The notes: generated by a model from the sequence alone, not told the origin. DNA of 36,299 bases from Alphaproteobacteria bacterium (GCA_017546085.1 JAFYXQ010000010.1:1-36299); one strand, 5' to 3'; shown: positions 17,522 to 26,600, numbered from the stretch's first letter. Translations and numbers: made by a program.

Positions 17522-18919
17522 ATGTTGAAGAAAATTTTGATTTTAATGCTTTTATTTACCCCAATGGTTGCAGATGCGGCTGCCAAGAAGAAAAAGGAAG
17601 AGCCTGTGGTTCATTTAACAGATGAACAGATTTATCAAGAACTAAAAAAGCTTGCCATGGTTTTTGAGGTCGCGCGTGAGAATTTTGTAGAAGAAGCAGA
17701 TGAAAAGAAAATGCTGGAAGCTGCTATGAATGGGATGTTGGGGGCATTGGATCCACATTCTTCGTATTTGTCTGCTGATGATTTCAAGGAGTTTAGTGAT
17801 AAATCACATGGTGAATTTGGTGGTTTGGGAATTCAGATCACTAGTGATCGTGGTGCAGTTCGTGTGATTTCACCAATCGATGATACACCTGCTGACAAGG
17901 CTGGGATTAAGGCCGGTGATTATATTACTCATATTGATGGTGAGCAGGTGTTTGATTTGACATTGAATCAGGCTGTAAAGAAAATGAAAGGGCGTCCAGG
18001 GACCAAGGTTAAATTGACAATTCTTTCTGAAGATGGGGAATCAAAAACATTAACGCTGAAACGTGATATTATTAAGGTAAAATCTGTCAAATTCGAAGAA
18101 AAAATGATGGCCAGTGCCGATCCTGAAGATAAAGATGCGCCAAAAATAGGATATGTTCGAATTTCTGATTTTGGTGCAACGACCGCACGTGATTTAAAGG
18201 AGGCTCTTGAATCACTTGAAAAGAAAAAGGTTGTTGGATATGTTGTTGATGTTCGCAATAATCCAGGGGGCTATTTGACGGCTGCGATTGATGTTTCTGA
18301 TGCGTTTTTGGATAGTGGTGAAATTGTTTCAACGCGTGGCAAGGAAAAAACAGATATTGAACGTGTGTATGCAAAACCTGGGGATATGGCGAATGGAAAA
18401 CCGGTTGTTGTTTTGATAAATCATGGTTCTGCATCGGCATCAGAAATTGTTGCAGGTGCATTACAGGATAATGGGCGTGGTTTGGTTATGGGATCGCAGT
18501 CATTTGGTAAGGGTAGTGTTCAACAGCAAAAGCCGTTGGGTGATGGTACCGCGATTCATATAACAATTGCACGTTATTATACGCCATCGGGTCGTTCGAT
18601 ACAAAATGAAGGTATTACACCGGATGTAGAAGTTCTGCAGAGTAAGATAGAGGTTTTGGAAAAACGTGAAAGCACATATTCAGAGGCATCTTTCAAGAAT
18701 TCTTTGAAGAACGAGCAAGCAAAGAAAAAGGCAGAAAAAAAGTCTGATGATGAAGAAAAAGAAGAATTGACAGACGAAGAAAAAGATGCGCGTGATTATC
18801 AATTGCAGCGCGCAATGGATATGGTTATCGCAATGGGAAAAATGCAGGAACGTGCAAATATAACCACAACAGATGTTACGGCGGTTGAAGAAAAGAAGCC
18901 TGATACAGACAAGAAATAA
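17522..18919 (+). CDS. ctpA: S41 family carboxyl-terminal processing protease
   Basis: LDPHSSYL, PDZ motif GGLGI, DVRNNPGG, SASASEIVAGALQD, SFGKGSVQ. Start set at ATG 17522 after AAAGGA. Confidence 0.95.
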   Translation: MLKKILILMLLFTPMVADAAAKKKKEEPVVHLTDEQIYQELKKLAMVFEVARENFVEEADEKKMLEAAMNGMLGALDPHSSYLSADDFKEFSDKSHGEFGGLGIQITSDRGAVRVISPIDDTPADKAGIKAGDYITHIDGEQVFDLTLNQAVKKMKGRPGTKVKLTILSEDGESKTLTLKRDIIKVKSVKFEEKMMASADPEDKDAPKIGYVRISDFGATTARDLKEALESLEKKKVVGYVVDVRNNPGGYLTAAIDVSDAFLDSGEIVSTRGKEKTDIERVYAKPGDMANGKPVVVLINHGSASASEIVAGALQDNGRGLVMGSQSFGKGSVQQQKPLGDGTAIHITIARYYTPSGRSIQNEGITPDVEVLQSKIEVLEKRESTYSEASFKNSLKNEQAKKKAEKKSDDEEKEELTDEEKDARDYQLQRAMDMVIAMGKMQERANITTTDVTAVEEKKPDTDKK

Positions 18920-18927
18920 TGTAATTG

Positions 18928-18956
18928 AACAGGGGGCGATTTGTCCCCTGTTTTTT
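18928..18956 (+). terminator. intrinsic terminator
   Basis: AACAGGGGGC-GATTT-GTCCCCTGTT followed by a T-run. Confidence 0.8.
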
Positions 18957-18983
18957 AGGTTTTAAATTTTTTATTTTTTTCTG

Positions 18984-19012
18984 TTTACAATGTGAAAAAA
19001 TTAATATAAAAT
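18984..19012 (+). promoter_or_regulatory. putative tRNA-Ser promoter
   Basis: TTTACA-N17-TAAAAT with AT-rich upstream region and GC-rich discriminator. Confidence 0.55.
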
Positions 19013-19063
19013 GAACGCGCATGTCGAACGCCACAGGTTGAAAGACCGGCGGGATATAGTTTA

Positions 19064-19153
19064 GGATGGTTGGCAGAGCGGTCGAATGCGGCGGTCTTGA
19101 AAACCGTTGTGGGGGCAACTCCACCGGGGGTTCGAATCCCTCACCATCCGCCA
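19064..19153 (+). tRNA. tRNA-Ser(TGA)
   Basis: GGATGGT/ACCATCC acceptor stem, GCGGT-CT-TGA-AA-ACCGT anticodon arm, long variable arm, GGTTCGAATCC, G73, encoded CCA. Confidence 0.97.
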
Positions 19154-19162
19154 GGAATAATT

Positions 19163-19187
19163 AAACGCCTATAACGGGCGTTTTTTT
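19163..19187 (+). terminator. intrinsic terminator after tRNA-Ser
   Basis: AAACGCCT-N5-GGGCGTTT followed by a T-run. Confidence 0.8.
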
Positions 19188-19242
19188 GTTGTGCCAGTGT
19201 GGCGCAAATGTGGGGGTAATACGTTACCATACAAAAATCAAT

Positions 19243-19264
19243 AAAAACACCCCTGAATGGGGTG
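19243..19264 (-). terminator. intrinsic terminator of the ClpP-like gene
   Basis: Minus strand CACCCC-ATTCA-GGGGTG-TTTTT. Confidence 0.7.
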
Positions 19265-19273
19265 GGTATGTGA

Positions 19274-19930
19274 TTATCGTTTGCGTCCGGTTAATATACC
19301 GTTTTCGCCGATAATCCAATCACATATTTTCCATCTTAGGCATAGGTTTGAATTGATAAAGCCGGTTTCACAATTCAGAAATTTTTTTAATTTTTCTTCT
19401 GGAACAGATGTGTATGTTTTATATTTAGATATAAATTGGTCCGAAAAATCTTTTATCTGTTGGGTTTTAATGGGTAATTCGTCTTCCTTGGTAATTTGAA
19501 TAAGACGTGAACCATAGTGAATCATGTGTTGTGAGTCATGTCCCATTATGCGATAGCCGGGTGTACCCTGAATTGCAAGCGCACTGCCGCAACTTAATGC
19601 GTTTGATAAAACGGTTGTGCGAATAATTGCACCACGCATTTTTGCGATGTTTAACAGGGTTGATAGGCTGTTTAATACGGATATTTCGCCGCCATGTGAA
19701 TTAATAAATATGTCTAATACAGGTCGTTCTGGGTCGTCGATATCGTATGGTGATACGATTTTTGTTGATGCCTGATAGATTGGTTTTTGTTGCATGGATA
19801 AAATAAGGTTGCTTAATTCACCGATTAATTCATTCATTTCCTTGCTGTCAAAACGACCGAGAATATATACCTGATTGTTAATAATATAACTGCTAGAGTG
19901 GCTACAATTAATAGTTGCAGATCCTGCCAT
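19274..19930 (-). CDS. divergent ClpP-family (S14) protease subunit
   Basis: 218 aa from MAGSAT after AGGAG. FINSHGG (cf. YINSPGG), ALSCGS (catalytic Ser), MIHYG (catalytic His). Confidence 0.85.
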   Translation of the reverse strand: MAGSATINCSHSSSYIINNQVYILGRFDSKEMNELIGELSNLILSMQQKPIYQASTKIVSPYDIDDPERPVLDIFINSHGGEISVLNSLSTLLNIAKMRGAIIRTTVLSNALSCGSALAIQGTPGYRIMGHDSQHMIHYGSRLIQITKEDELPIKTQQIKDFSDQFISKYKTYTSVPEEKLKKFLNCETGFINSNLCLRWKICDWIIGENGILTGRKR

Positions 19931-19959
19931 ATTTTTGCTCCTAATTTTTATTTGTTTAT

Positions 19960-19988
19960 TATGTAGCACATAAAATCTTATTTGTCAA
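19960..19988 (-). promoter_or_regulatory. putative promoter of the ClpP-like gene
   Basis: TTGACA-N17-TACATA on the minus strand. Confidence 0.5.
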
Positions 19989-20074
19989 CAAAAAGATATG
20001 ATTATAATTCTTGCCTTTGTTGGGTATTGGGGGTATTATTTATCTGATAATTTTTAAGGTAAAGGAAGTGTTAT

Positions 20075-23000
20075 ATGTCAAAGTTAATTGTTGATGGAAA
20101 CTGGGCTGCGGCTGATGTTGCATACAGATGTGTTGATTTTGCCGCAATTTATCCAATAACCCCAAGCAGTACAATGGGGGAATTGACTGATGAATGGTCT
20201 TTTCAGCACAAGAAAAATATTTGGGGCGCAATTCCACAAATTATTGAAATGCAGTCAGAGGCAGGTGCCGCAGGTGCAATGCATGGTGCGTTGCAGATGG
20301 GCAGTTTGGCTACCACGTTTATCGCTTCCCAAGGCCTGCTGTTGATGATACCGAATATGTATAAAATTGCTGGTGAACAAACACCGTTTGTTATGCATGT
20401 GGCTGCGCGTGCGCTGGCAACACACGCGTTATCAATTTTTGGCGATCATAGTGATGTTATGTCCGTACGTTCAACGGGATTTGCGATGCTGTCGTCCCAT
20501 AATGTGCAACAAGCACATGATATGGCAGCTATTGCACATGCCGCAACGTTGCGTAGTCGTGTCCCGTTTCTGCATTTCTTTGATGGATTTCGTACCAGCC
20601 ATGAAGAATCACGTCTGATGCGTATCGAAGATGATGTTTTGCGCGAATTAATTCCTGAAAAACTTGTATTGGAAAACAGGGCGCGTGGTATGACACCAGA
20701 TATGCCAACAATTCGTGGAACCGCACAGAATCCTGATGTTTATTTCCAAGGACGTGAAGCGGCAAATCCGTTATATGAAAATACACCACAAATTGTTCAG
20801 GAAGTTATGGATAATTTTGCAGAACTGACAGGTCGAAAGTATGGTTTAGTTGACTATGTAGGTGATGAAAATGCAGAAAATGTTATTGTCGCAATGGGTA
20901 GTGCTGTTGATACAATTGAAGAAACGTTGCCACATTTGCCAAGTGGTTTGGGTTTGGTGAAGATTCATTTGTATCGTCCTTTTCCGATTGAAGCGTTCCG
21001 GAACATATTGCCGGCAACTGTTAAACGTATTGCCGTTTTAGATAGAACCAAGGAGCCGGGTAGTATCGGCGAACCATTATACCAAGATGTTAAATCTGTG
21101 GTTGGAAATGATGTTGCGGTGTTTGGTGGTCGATATGGTTTGGGGTCCAAAGAATTTAAACCTAGGGATGTCAAGGCGATTTATGAAAACTTGATGCAGG
21201 GGACGATTCATCATAACTTTACGGTTGGTATTGATGATGATTTGATGGGGTTGTCGTTGAAAACAGATCCTGCGTTTGCCGTCGAAGATCCCAATTTTAA
21301 AACGGCTATTTTGTATGGAATTGGTAGTGATGGTACCGTTGGTGCGGTTAAAAATATTGTAAAAATTGTTGGGGAAAATTCTGAACTATATCCCCAATCG
21401 TATGCCGTATATGATTCCAAGAAATCAGGTGGGTTGACAGCATCGCATATTCGTTTTTCTGATGCGCCAATCAAAAGTCAATATTTGGTAGAGGTTGCAG
21501 ATTTTATCAGTGTTTCTAATTTTATGATTGCGCAACGTTTTGATGTGTTCAAGGGATTGCGTGCTGGTGGTACTGTGATGATTAATACATCGCTGGCACC
21601 TGATGTCGCATTTGCAAATTTGCCACGTGATACCCAAGAACATCTTATCAGAATTCGTGCAAATGTTTATTTCTTGGATGCAAATCGGGCTGCTGCTGAA
21701 TTGGGGTTGGGGAATCGAATTAATACATTTATAATGTTAAATTTCTTTAATTTAACTAATGTTATTAATCCGATGGATGCAGCAAAAAGCGCCAAGGTTG
21801 CGATTGAGAAAACTTATAAGAAGAAGGGGATGGATGTTGTTCAGGCTAACTGGGCGGCGGTGGACAAGGCGGCGCAATATTTGCAGAAATATCAAGTCCC
21901 ATCATCAATTTCTAATTTTGCACCAGATTTTATACCTGCAATGACGTTGGATGCCCCTGCGGAGATTGCAGGGACATTGGGTGAAATTGCAGCGCAGCGC
22001 GGTGATGCGATTCCTGTATCACGTTTCAAAGTTGATGGTCAGTTTGGGGCAGGGCAATATCCCGTTGGTACGTCAAAATATGAAAAACGTGCAATTTCTG
22101 ATAAGGTGGCGACGGTTGATTTGGAAAAATGTATTCAATGCGGAAAATGTTCAATGTTGTGTCCGCATGCCGTTATTCGTATCAAGGCCTTGACAGAAGA
22201 ACAGGCAGAACAGGCGCGCGCCAAAGGTGTTAAGGTTGTCCCAATGAAAACGCCTGAATTGGGGCCAAATATGTATTTTACACTGAATATTTCGCCCGCT
22301 GATTGTACGGGGTGTAATGTTTGTGTGAAAAATTGTCCGGTTGGCGCGTTATCTATGGTGCCTGCGCGTGATGTTATGGCTGATAATCAGGCTGCGTTTA
22401 ATGCGGCTGAAAAATTGCCGGATATTGATCGTGAAAAGTTAAATTTGAATATTCCAAAGCATGTGGAATTGTTGCCACATTATTTTGAGTTCCCGGGGGC
22501 GTGTGCGGGCTGTGGTGAAACACCGTATGTAAAGCTGTTGGCACACCTGTTCGGGGATAGAATGGTTGTTGCAAATGCAACAGGTTGTTCATCAATTTAT
22601 GGCGCAAATTTGCCAACAACGCCATGGACCAAGGATAAGTTAGGACGTGGTCCTGCATGGTCTAATTCATTATTCGAAGATAACGCAGAATACGGTTTGG
22701 GGATGCGTTTGGCATTAAATCAAAAGCGTGATAATTTAAAGGCCTTGTTGTTTGAATTGGGTATTGATAATGTAGAGGATATATTTGATGAAAACAAACC
22801 TGAAAAACAACGTTTGATTGAGCAGGATTTGCGTGCCCAGTTGGCAAAAATTGATGGACCACGTGCAAGATTAGCTGAAAGTTTGGTTGGTGAAATTGTC
22901 AATAAGTCAGTCTGGATTATCGGTGGTGATGGTTGGGCATATGACATTGGATATGGGGGTGTTGACCATATATTACATAGTGGAGAAAATGTTAATATCT

Positions 23001-23584
23001 TGGTTCTTGATACCGAAGGTTATTCAAATACCGGTGGTCAGCAATCTAAATCCACACCATTTGGTGCAAGTATGAAATTTGCGATTGGTGGCAAGAACAA
23101 TGCAAAGAAAGATTTAGGTATGATTGCGATGATGTCAGGGGCATATGTTGCTCAAATTGCAATGGGTGCAAATCAGGCACAGGCAATCCGCGCATTTCGC
23201 GAGGCGGAATCATTTAACGGGCCGTCAATTATATTAGCGTATGCACCATGTATCGCGCATGGTTTTGCATTGCAAAATGGCGCAGAACATCAGATGCAGA
23301 TGGTAAAAACAGGTTCCTGGCCGTTGTTCCGTTTTGATCCGCGATTGATTGCAGATGGTCATAATCCGTTGACAATGGATTCAAGTGTTGATAGTCCGAT
23401 GCCGTTGGAAGATTTCTTGAAGACGGAAAGTCGTTTCGCCGCGGCACGTGCAGTGAATCCGCAATTTAATAAATTGGTCGATTTGGCCAAGGCAAACAAT
23501 GCGTATAAAAGTGAACTGAAAAAGCATATTGCACAGTTTGCGATGTTGAATAAACCAATCGTCAAAGAAAATGGGGAGGGGTAA
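20075..23584 (+). CDS. nifJ: pyruvate:ferredoxin (flavodoxin) oxidoreductase, single-chain
   Basis: YPITPSS, EMQSEAGAAG, two CxxCxxCxxxCP motifs, GACAGCGE, GGDGWAYDIG (TPP binding). Confidence 0.98.
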   Translation: MSKLIVDGNWAAADVAYRCVDFAAIYPITPSSTMGELTDEWSFQHKKNIWGAIPQIIEMQSEAGAAGAMHGALQMGSLATTFIASQGLLLMIPNMYKIAGEQTPFVMHVAARALATHALSIFGDHSDVMSVRSTGFAMLSSHNVQQAHDMAAIAHAATLRSRVPFLHFFDGFRTSHEESRLMRIEDDVLRELIPEKLVLENRARGMTPDMPTIRGTAQNPDVYFQGREAANPLYENTPQIVQEVMDNFAELTGRKYGLVDYVGDENAENVIVAMGSAVDTIEETLPHLPSGLGLVKIHLYRPFPIEAFRNILPATVKRIAVLDRTKEPGSIGEPLYQDVKSVVGNDVAVFGGRYGLGSKEFKPRDVKAIYENLMQGTIHHNFTVGIDDDLMGLSLKTDPAFAVEDPNFKTAILYGIGSDGTVGAVKNIVKIVGENSELYPQSYAVYDSKKSGGLTASHIRFSDAPIKSQYLVEVADFISVSNFMIAQRFDVFKGLRAGGTVMINTSLAPDVAFANLPRDTQEHLIRIRANVYFLDANRAAAELGLGNRINTFIMLNFFNLTNVINPMDAAKSAKVAIEKTYKKKGMDVVQANWAAVDKAAQYLQKYQVPSSISNFAPDFIPAMTLDAPAEIAGTLGEIAAQRGDAIPVSRFKVDGQFGAGQYPVGTSKYEKRAISDKVATVDLEKCIQCGKCSMLCPHAVIRIKALTEEQAEQARAKGVKVVPMKTPELGPNMYFTLNISPADCTGCNVCVKNCPVGALSMVPARDVMADNQAAFNAAEKLPDIDREKLNLNIPKHVELLPHYFEFPGACAGCGETPYVKLLAHLFGDRMVVANATGCSSIYGANLPTTPWTKDKLGRGPAWSNSLFEDNAEYGLGMRLALNQKRDNLKALLFELGIDNVEDIFDENKPEKQRLIEQDLRAQLAKIDGPRARLAESLVGEIVNKSVWIIGGDGWAYDIGYGGVDHILHSGENVNILVLDTEGYSNTGGQQSKSTPFGASMKFAIGGKNNAKKDLGMIAMMSGAYVAQIAMGANQAQAIRAFREAESFNGPSIILAYAPCIAHGFALQNGAEHQMQMVKTGSWPLFRFDPRLIADGHNPLTMDSSVDSPMPLEDFLKTESRFAAARAVNPQFNKLVDLAKANNAYKSELKKHIAQFAMLNKPIVKENGEG

Positions 23585-23585
23585 T

Positions 23586-24014
23586 ATGAAAAAATTAATG
23601 TTTTTTGCCGTAATATTATTGGCGTCTTGTACATTTCAGACCAAGCATCGTGGTTATGTTTTTCCGTCTGATTTGGTGGGGCAGGTTGAAAATATAAAAA
23701 CAACTGCGCAATTGATGGAAAAAATAGGGGCACCCCAAGTGAAAACTATTTACGGGGACGAGGTTTGGATTTATCACGGTACAGAGGAAAATTATCGTGG
23801 CCCGTTGGCACCAACATTTACCGACGAAACCGTTCTGTTGGTGTGGGTCAAGGGGAATCGCGTTATAAAAACACAGATTTTGCATGATGCCGATTTGCCG
23901 GATGTGAAGGTGGCTGAAGGGGAAACCAAGATTCCAGCGGCAATTGAATTAAATGCAATCGAAGAATTGTTTAATAATATTGGGCGATTTAGTCCGGCGG
24001 GCCTTGGGCAATAA
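23586..24014 (+). CDS. bamE: outer membrane protein assembly factor BamE (SmpA/OmlA) family lipoprotein
   Basis: Lipobox LASC, HRGY, IGAP, WIY, and C-terminal IEELFNNIGRF as in alphaproteobacterial BamE. Start set at ATG 23586. Confidence 0.8.
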   Translation: MKKLMFFAVILLASCTFQTKHRGYVFPSDLVGQVENIKTTAQLMEKIGAPQVKTIYGDEVWIYHGTEENYRGPLAPTFTDETVLLVWVKGNRVIKTQILHDADLPDVKVAEGETKIPAAIELNAIEELFNNIGRFSPAGLGQ

Positions 24015-24020
24015 AAAGAA

Positions 24021-24045
24021 GACCGTCCAATTTGGACGGTTTTTT
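24021..24045 (+). terminator. intrinsic terminator
   Basis: ACCGTCCA-ATT-TGGACGGT followed by a T-run. Confidence 0.8.
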
Positions 24046-24165
24046 ATGGTTTTTGATAAAAAATATGTTAAAATTACCCATGTAACAGGCATATATATGT
24101 CTTGTTCAATGTGGATTTAACCTAACTTGTCCCACATCTAAGCGGACTAAATAAGGGGTTTTATT

Positions 24166-24639
24166 ATGAAAAAGAATGTCTTGGTATATCGTGTCGTTGC
24201 GCAATCGCGTGATGACGAAACAATCAATTTATTATTTAAAAATATTGATTTAATCATTCAAAACGAAGAAGTGGTTTTTAATAGCCCCGGTTTTTATTCC
24301 ATTAAAATATCTGGTGTATCTGTCGAAGGCTTATATGTCGGACGCTTTCAAATTCGTTTGGGTGATATGATAAAATTATGGAAACAGAGTCATTTTTGGA
24401 AAGATGGGGGGCGATACTATTTCCATGCAGGTGGTTCGCCGTTAAGTGGCGTGTGCTTTAAATCCTATTGGGATTCAAATACAAAAAAAATAGTGTTGAG
24501 TGAACGTACAAATGGAATGTCCGATATGTTTAAGTCGGTTGTGGCTGTGTCTGATGAACGGTTTACAAAACCTGATGCAGATGCGTATAAACGGGTTTGT
24601 GCGTTGATAAGTCATATCTTAAAACAGAAAACAAAATAA
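24166..24639 (+). CDS. hypothetical protein
   Basis: 157 aa, RBS AAGGGG, own terminator, ends KQKTK. Confidence 0.8.
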   Translation: MKKNVLVYRVVAQSRDDETINLLFKNIDLIIQNEEVVFNSPGFYSIKISGVSVEGLYVGRFQIRLGDMIKLWKQSHFWKDGGRYYFHAGGSPLSGVCFKSYWDSNTKKIVLSERTNGMSDMFKSVVAVSDERFTKPDADAYKRVCALISHILKQKTK

Positions 24640-24676
24640 ATGACAGATGTGTTTTGGACTAAGTTTGGTGCCACAT

Positions 24677-24704
24677 AAAAAAAATCCCCGAACGGGGATT
24701 TTTT
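24677..24704. terminator. intrinsic terminator
   Basis: A-run-TCCCC-GAAC-GGGGA-T-run. Confidence 0.8.
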
Positions 24705-24743
24705 ACTTTTAAAAATATTAAAATTAATGTACAATAGTTTATT

Positions 24744-25283
24744 ATGAGGAAGGGCATATTATTTTCTTTGTTATTTGGTGCAATGTTTTTTAATAGCGTT
24801 GCTGTTGCGGCTGATTCGTGTGGCGCGGGGTATGTGTTGGTCGAAACACGTAAAAAAATTGATGGAATTCCGACTGCAGAATGTCAAAAATTATGGTGTC
24901 GTGATTTAGAAAATGGAAAACTGATGGGCAGTGGTGATAAACCAAATGCTGGATATCAGTCAACAAGTTATTCTTCTGAATTATGTGATGCTGATGGGAA
25001 TTGTGTTGAATGTTGGGGTGCACGCAAATGGTGTGCGGGTGATGTGGCAGGCGTCTGGAACCCAGAATATGGTGCATATACGCGTGGTGCCGATAATTCA
25101 ACATTTCAATCATATCAGAAATCTTCATGCTTTACATGGCGATTGGAGAAGGCGGACTGTCCCGCAGGAGAAACGGCAATATTAAAAGAAGGAAAATGGG
25201 TTTGTGCAGTTCCTGGCAATACGGCAGAGGCTTCGCGTGCATCCGCTGTTCGTCGAACTGGTACGATGCGACGTATAAAATAG
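24744..25283 (+). CDS. exported cysteine/tryptophan-rich hypothetical protein
   Basis: 179 aa, signal peptide ending AVA-A, multiple Cys and Trp. Confidence 0.85.
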   Translation: MRKGILFSLLFGAMFFNSVAVAADSCGAGYVLVETRKKIDGIPTAECQKLWCRDLENGKLMGSGDKPNAGYQSTSYSSELCDADGNCVECWGARKWCAGDVAGVWNPEYGAYTRGADNSTFQSYQKSSCFTWRLEKADCPAGETAILKEGKWVCAVPGNTAEASRASAVRRTGTMRRIK

Positions 25284-25293
25284 TGCGTTTTTT

Positions 25294-25325
25294 ATCCTGC
25301 AATAAAAAATTGTGGGATTTTTTTT
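25294..25325 (+). terminator. intrinsic terminator
   Basis: ATCCTGCAAT-AAAAA-ATTGTGGGAT followed by a T-run. Confidence 0.6.
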
Positions 25326-25405
25326 GCCAATAATTTGTTTTTTTGCTTTTTTTGTGATATAATCGCCTGTAATGAGAGAATGGCAACCGTAAAAAGGTAG
25401 TATTT

Positions 25406-25966
25406 ATGCCAAGTAAAAAAATGGATTTTAAAGCTGGACAATATGTCGTATATCCAACGCAGGGTGTTGGAAAGTTGTTGCGTATAGAAGAACAAACAAT
25501 CGCAGGACAAAAAGTTAAATTGTTGGTTATAGATTTTGAGCGTAACCATATGACGTTGCGTGTTCCAATTGAACGTGCAGAAATTTCTGGATTGCGGCCA
25601 TTGACGTCCGCAAAAAAAATGGACGAAGCAATTGCCAGTGCCAAAGGTAAAGCTGGTGCAAAGCGCATGATTTGGGCGCGTCGTGCTGCGCAGTATGAAG
25701 AAAATATTAATTCAGGTGATCCGATGAAGTTGGCAGAGGTGGTGCGCGATTTGCAGCGTCGTAGTGCTGCTGATACAATGACGTTTTCTGCGCGTCAGTT
25801 ATATTTGCGCGCATTGGAACGTATGGCCCAGGAATTTGCAGTCTTGCATAAAATAGATTTAGATACAGCATCTGATAAAATTGAAGATATTTTGGGTGTA
25901 CCAAAAGAAATAGATTTAAATGCAATTGAATCTGATGAAGAAGAAATTGTCGAAGAAGAATCTTAG
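25406..25966 (+). CDS. carD: CarD family transcriptional regulator
   Basis: FKAGQYVVYPTQGVG, MTLRVP, W(ARR), INSGD..LAEVVRDL. Confidence 0.95.
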   Translation: MPSKKMDFKAGQYVVYPTQGVGKLLRIEEQTIAGQKVKLLVIDFERNHMTLRVPIERAEISGLRPLTSAKKMDEAIASAKGKAGAKRMIWARRAAQYEENINSGDPMKLAEVVRDLQRRSAADTMTFSARQLYLRALERMAQEFAVLHKIDLDTASDKIEDILGVPKEIDLNAIESDEEEIVEEES

Positions 25967-25974
25967 TAATAAAG

Positions 25975-26000
25975 AAAATCCCCCATTTGGGGGATTGTTT
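25975..26000. terminator. bidirectional intrinsic terminator
   Basis: AATCCCCC-ATTT-GGGGGATT between convergent carD and acpS. Confidence 0.75.
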
Positions 26001-26376
26001 AATTCGTTTCAACAACAACCATTGCAGCGCAATAATCGTCTTGATCGGTTATAGACAGGTGTACGCGTGCGTTATCGCCTGCGATGTCTTTTAATGCTGT
26101 ACGGGCACCACCTGCAATCAATAATTCTGGGCGTCCGACATCGTTATGTATAACAGATACATCAGAAAAAGAAATGTCATCGCCGAATCCTGTGCCAATG
26201 GCCTTTAGAAAGGCTTCGCGCGCGGCCCAGAAATTTGCCAAATGACGTTCTGAATTTGCGTTATCGTTATCCGCATATTCCAATTCTTTCTTTGTGAAAA
26301 TGCGCTGTTTTTTAAATGCAGACCAGTCAAGGAAACGGCCGCATTCAACCAAGTCAATTCCAATCCCGATAATCAC
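25999..26376 (-). CDS. acpS: holo-[acyl-carrier-protein] synthase
   Basis: IIGIGIDLV, FWAAREAFLKAIGTG, GRP, HLSIT. GTG start at 26376 after AGGGAG. Confidence 0.95.
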   Translation of the reverse strand: MIIGIGIDLVECGRFLDWSAFKKQRIFTKKELEYADNDNANSERHLANFWAAREAFLKAIGTGFGDDISFSDVSVIHNDVGRPELLIAGGARTALKDIAGDNARVHLSITDQDDYCAAMVVVETN

Positions 26377-26460
26377 TGGTTTTTTCTCCCTATTTGATGT
26401 TGGTGATATCGGCATACTAGTCATATTTTTGCGATTCGTGCAAGCATAAAATATGGGAAA

Positions 26461-26494
26461 AAAATAATCGCCCAATTTCGGGCGATTTTATTTT
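26461..26494 (-). terminator. intrinsic terminator of the small Cys/His ORF
   Basis: AATCGCCC-N5-GGGCGATT flanked by A/T runs, directly after the stop at 26493. Confidence 0.75.
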
Positions 26495-26600
26495 ACTTAT
26501 CAGACATTTTTTTATCACAGTTTGCTTTTTTGTCGCAGCCATAATCGTGTGCTTTTTCACAGTTTTTACATTTGCCATGTTTGTTTTCAGATTTTGACAT
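26493..26600 (-). CDS. 35-aa Cys/His/Lys-rich small protein (metallothionein-like), absent from the ORF track
   Basis: RBS AAAGGA, ATG 26600, MSKSENKHGKCKNCEKAHDYGCDKKANCDKKMSDK*, terminator immediately downstream. Confidence 0.7.
   Translation of the reverse strand: MSKSENKHGKCKNCEKAHDYGCDKKANCDKKMSDK

Noticed and set aside
19018-19028. 11-mer CGCATGTCGAA upstream of tRNA-Ser, also present at the 5' end of tRNA-Leu (32643-32653)
   Set aside because: It is in opposite orientation relative to the two tRNAs and short enough to be chance.
18876-19124. 82-aa ORF on the minus strand
   Set aside because: It is antisense to tRNA-Ser, its promoter and the ctpA terminator.
19064-19153. Selenocysteine or opal-suppressor tRNA
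   Set aside because: Anticodon TGA reads UCA (Ser), whereas tRNA-Sec would have TCA and an 8-bp acceptor stem.
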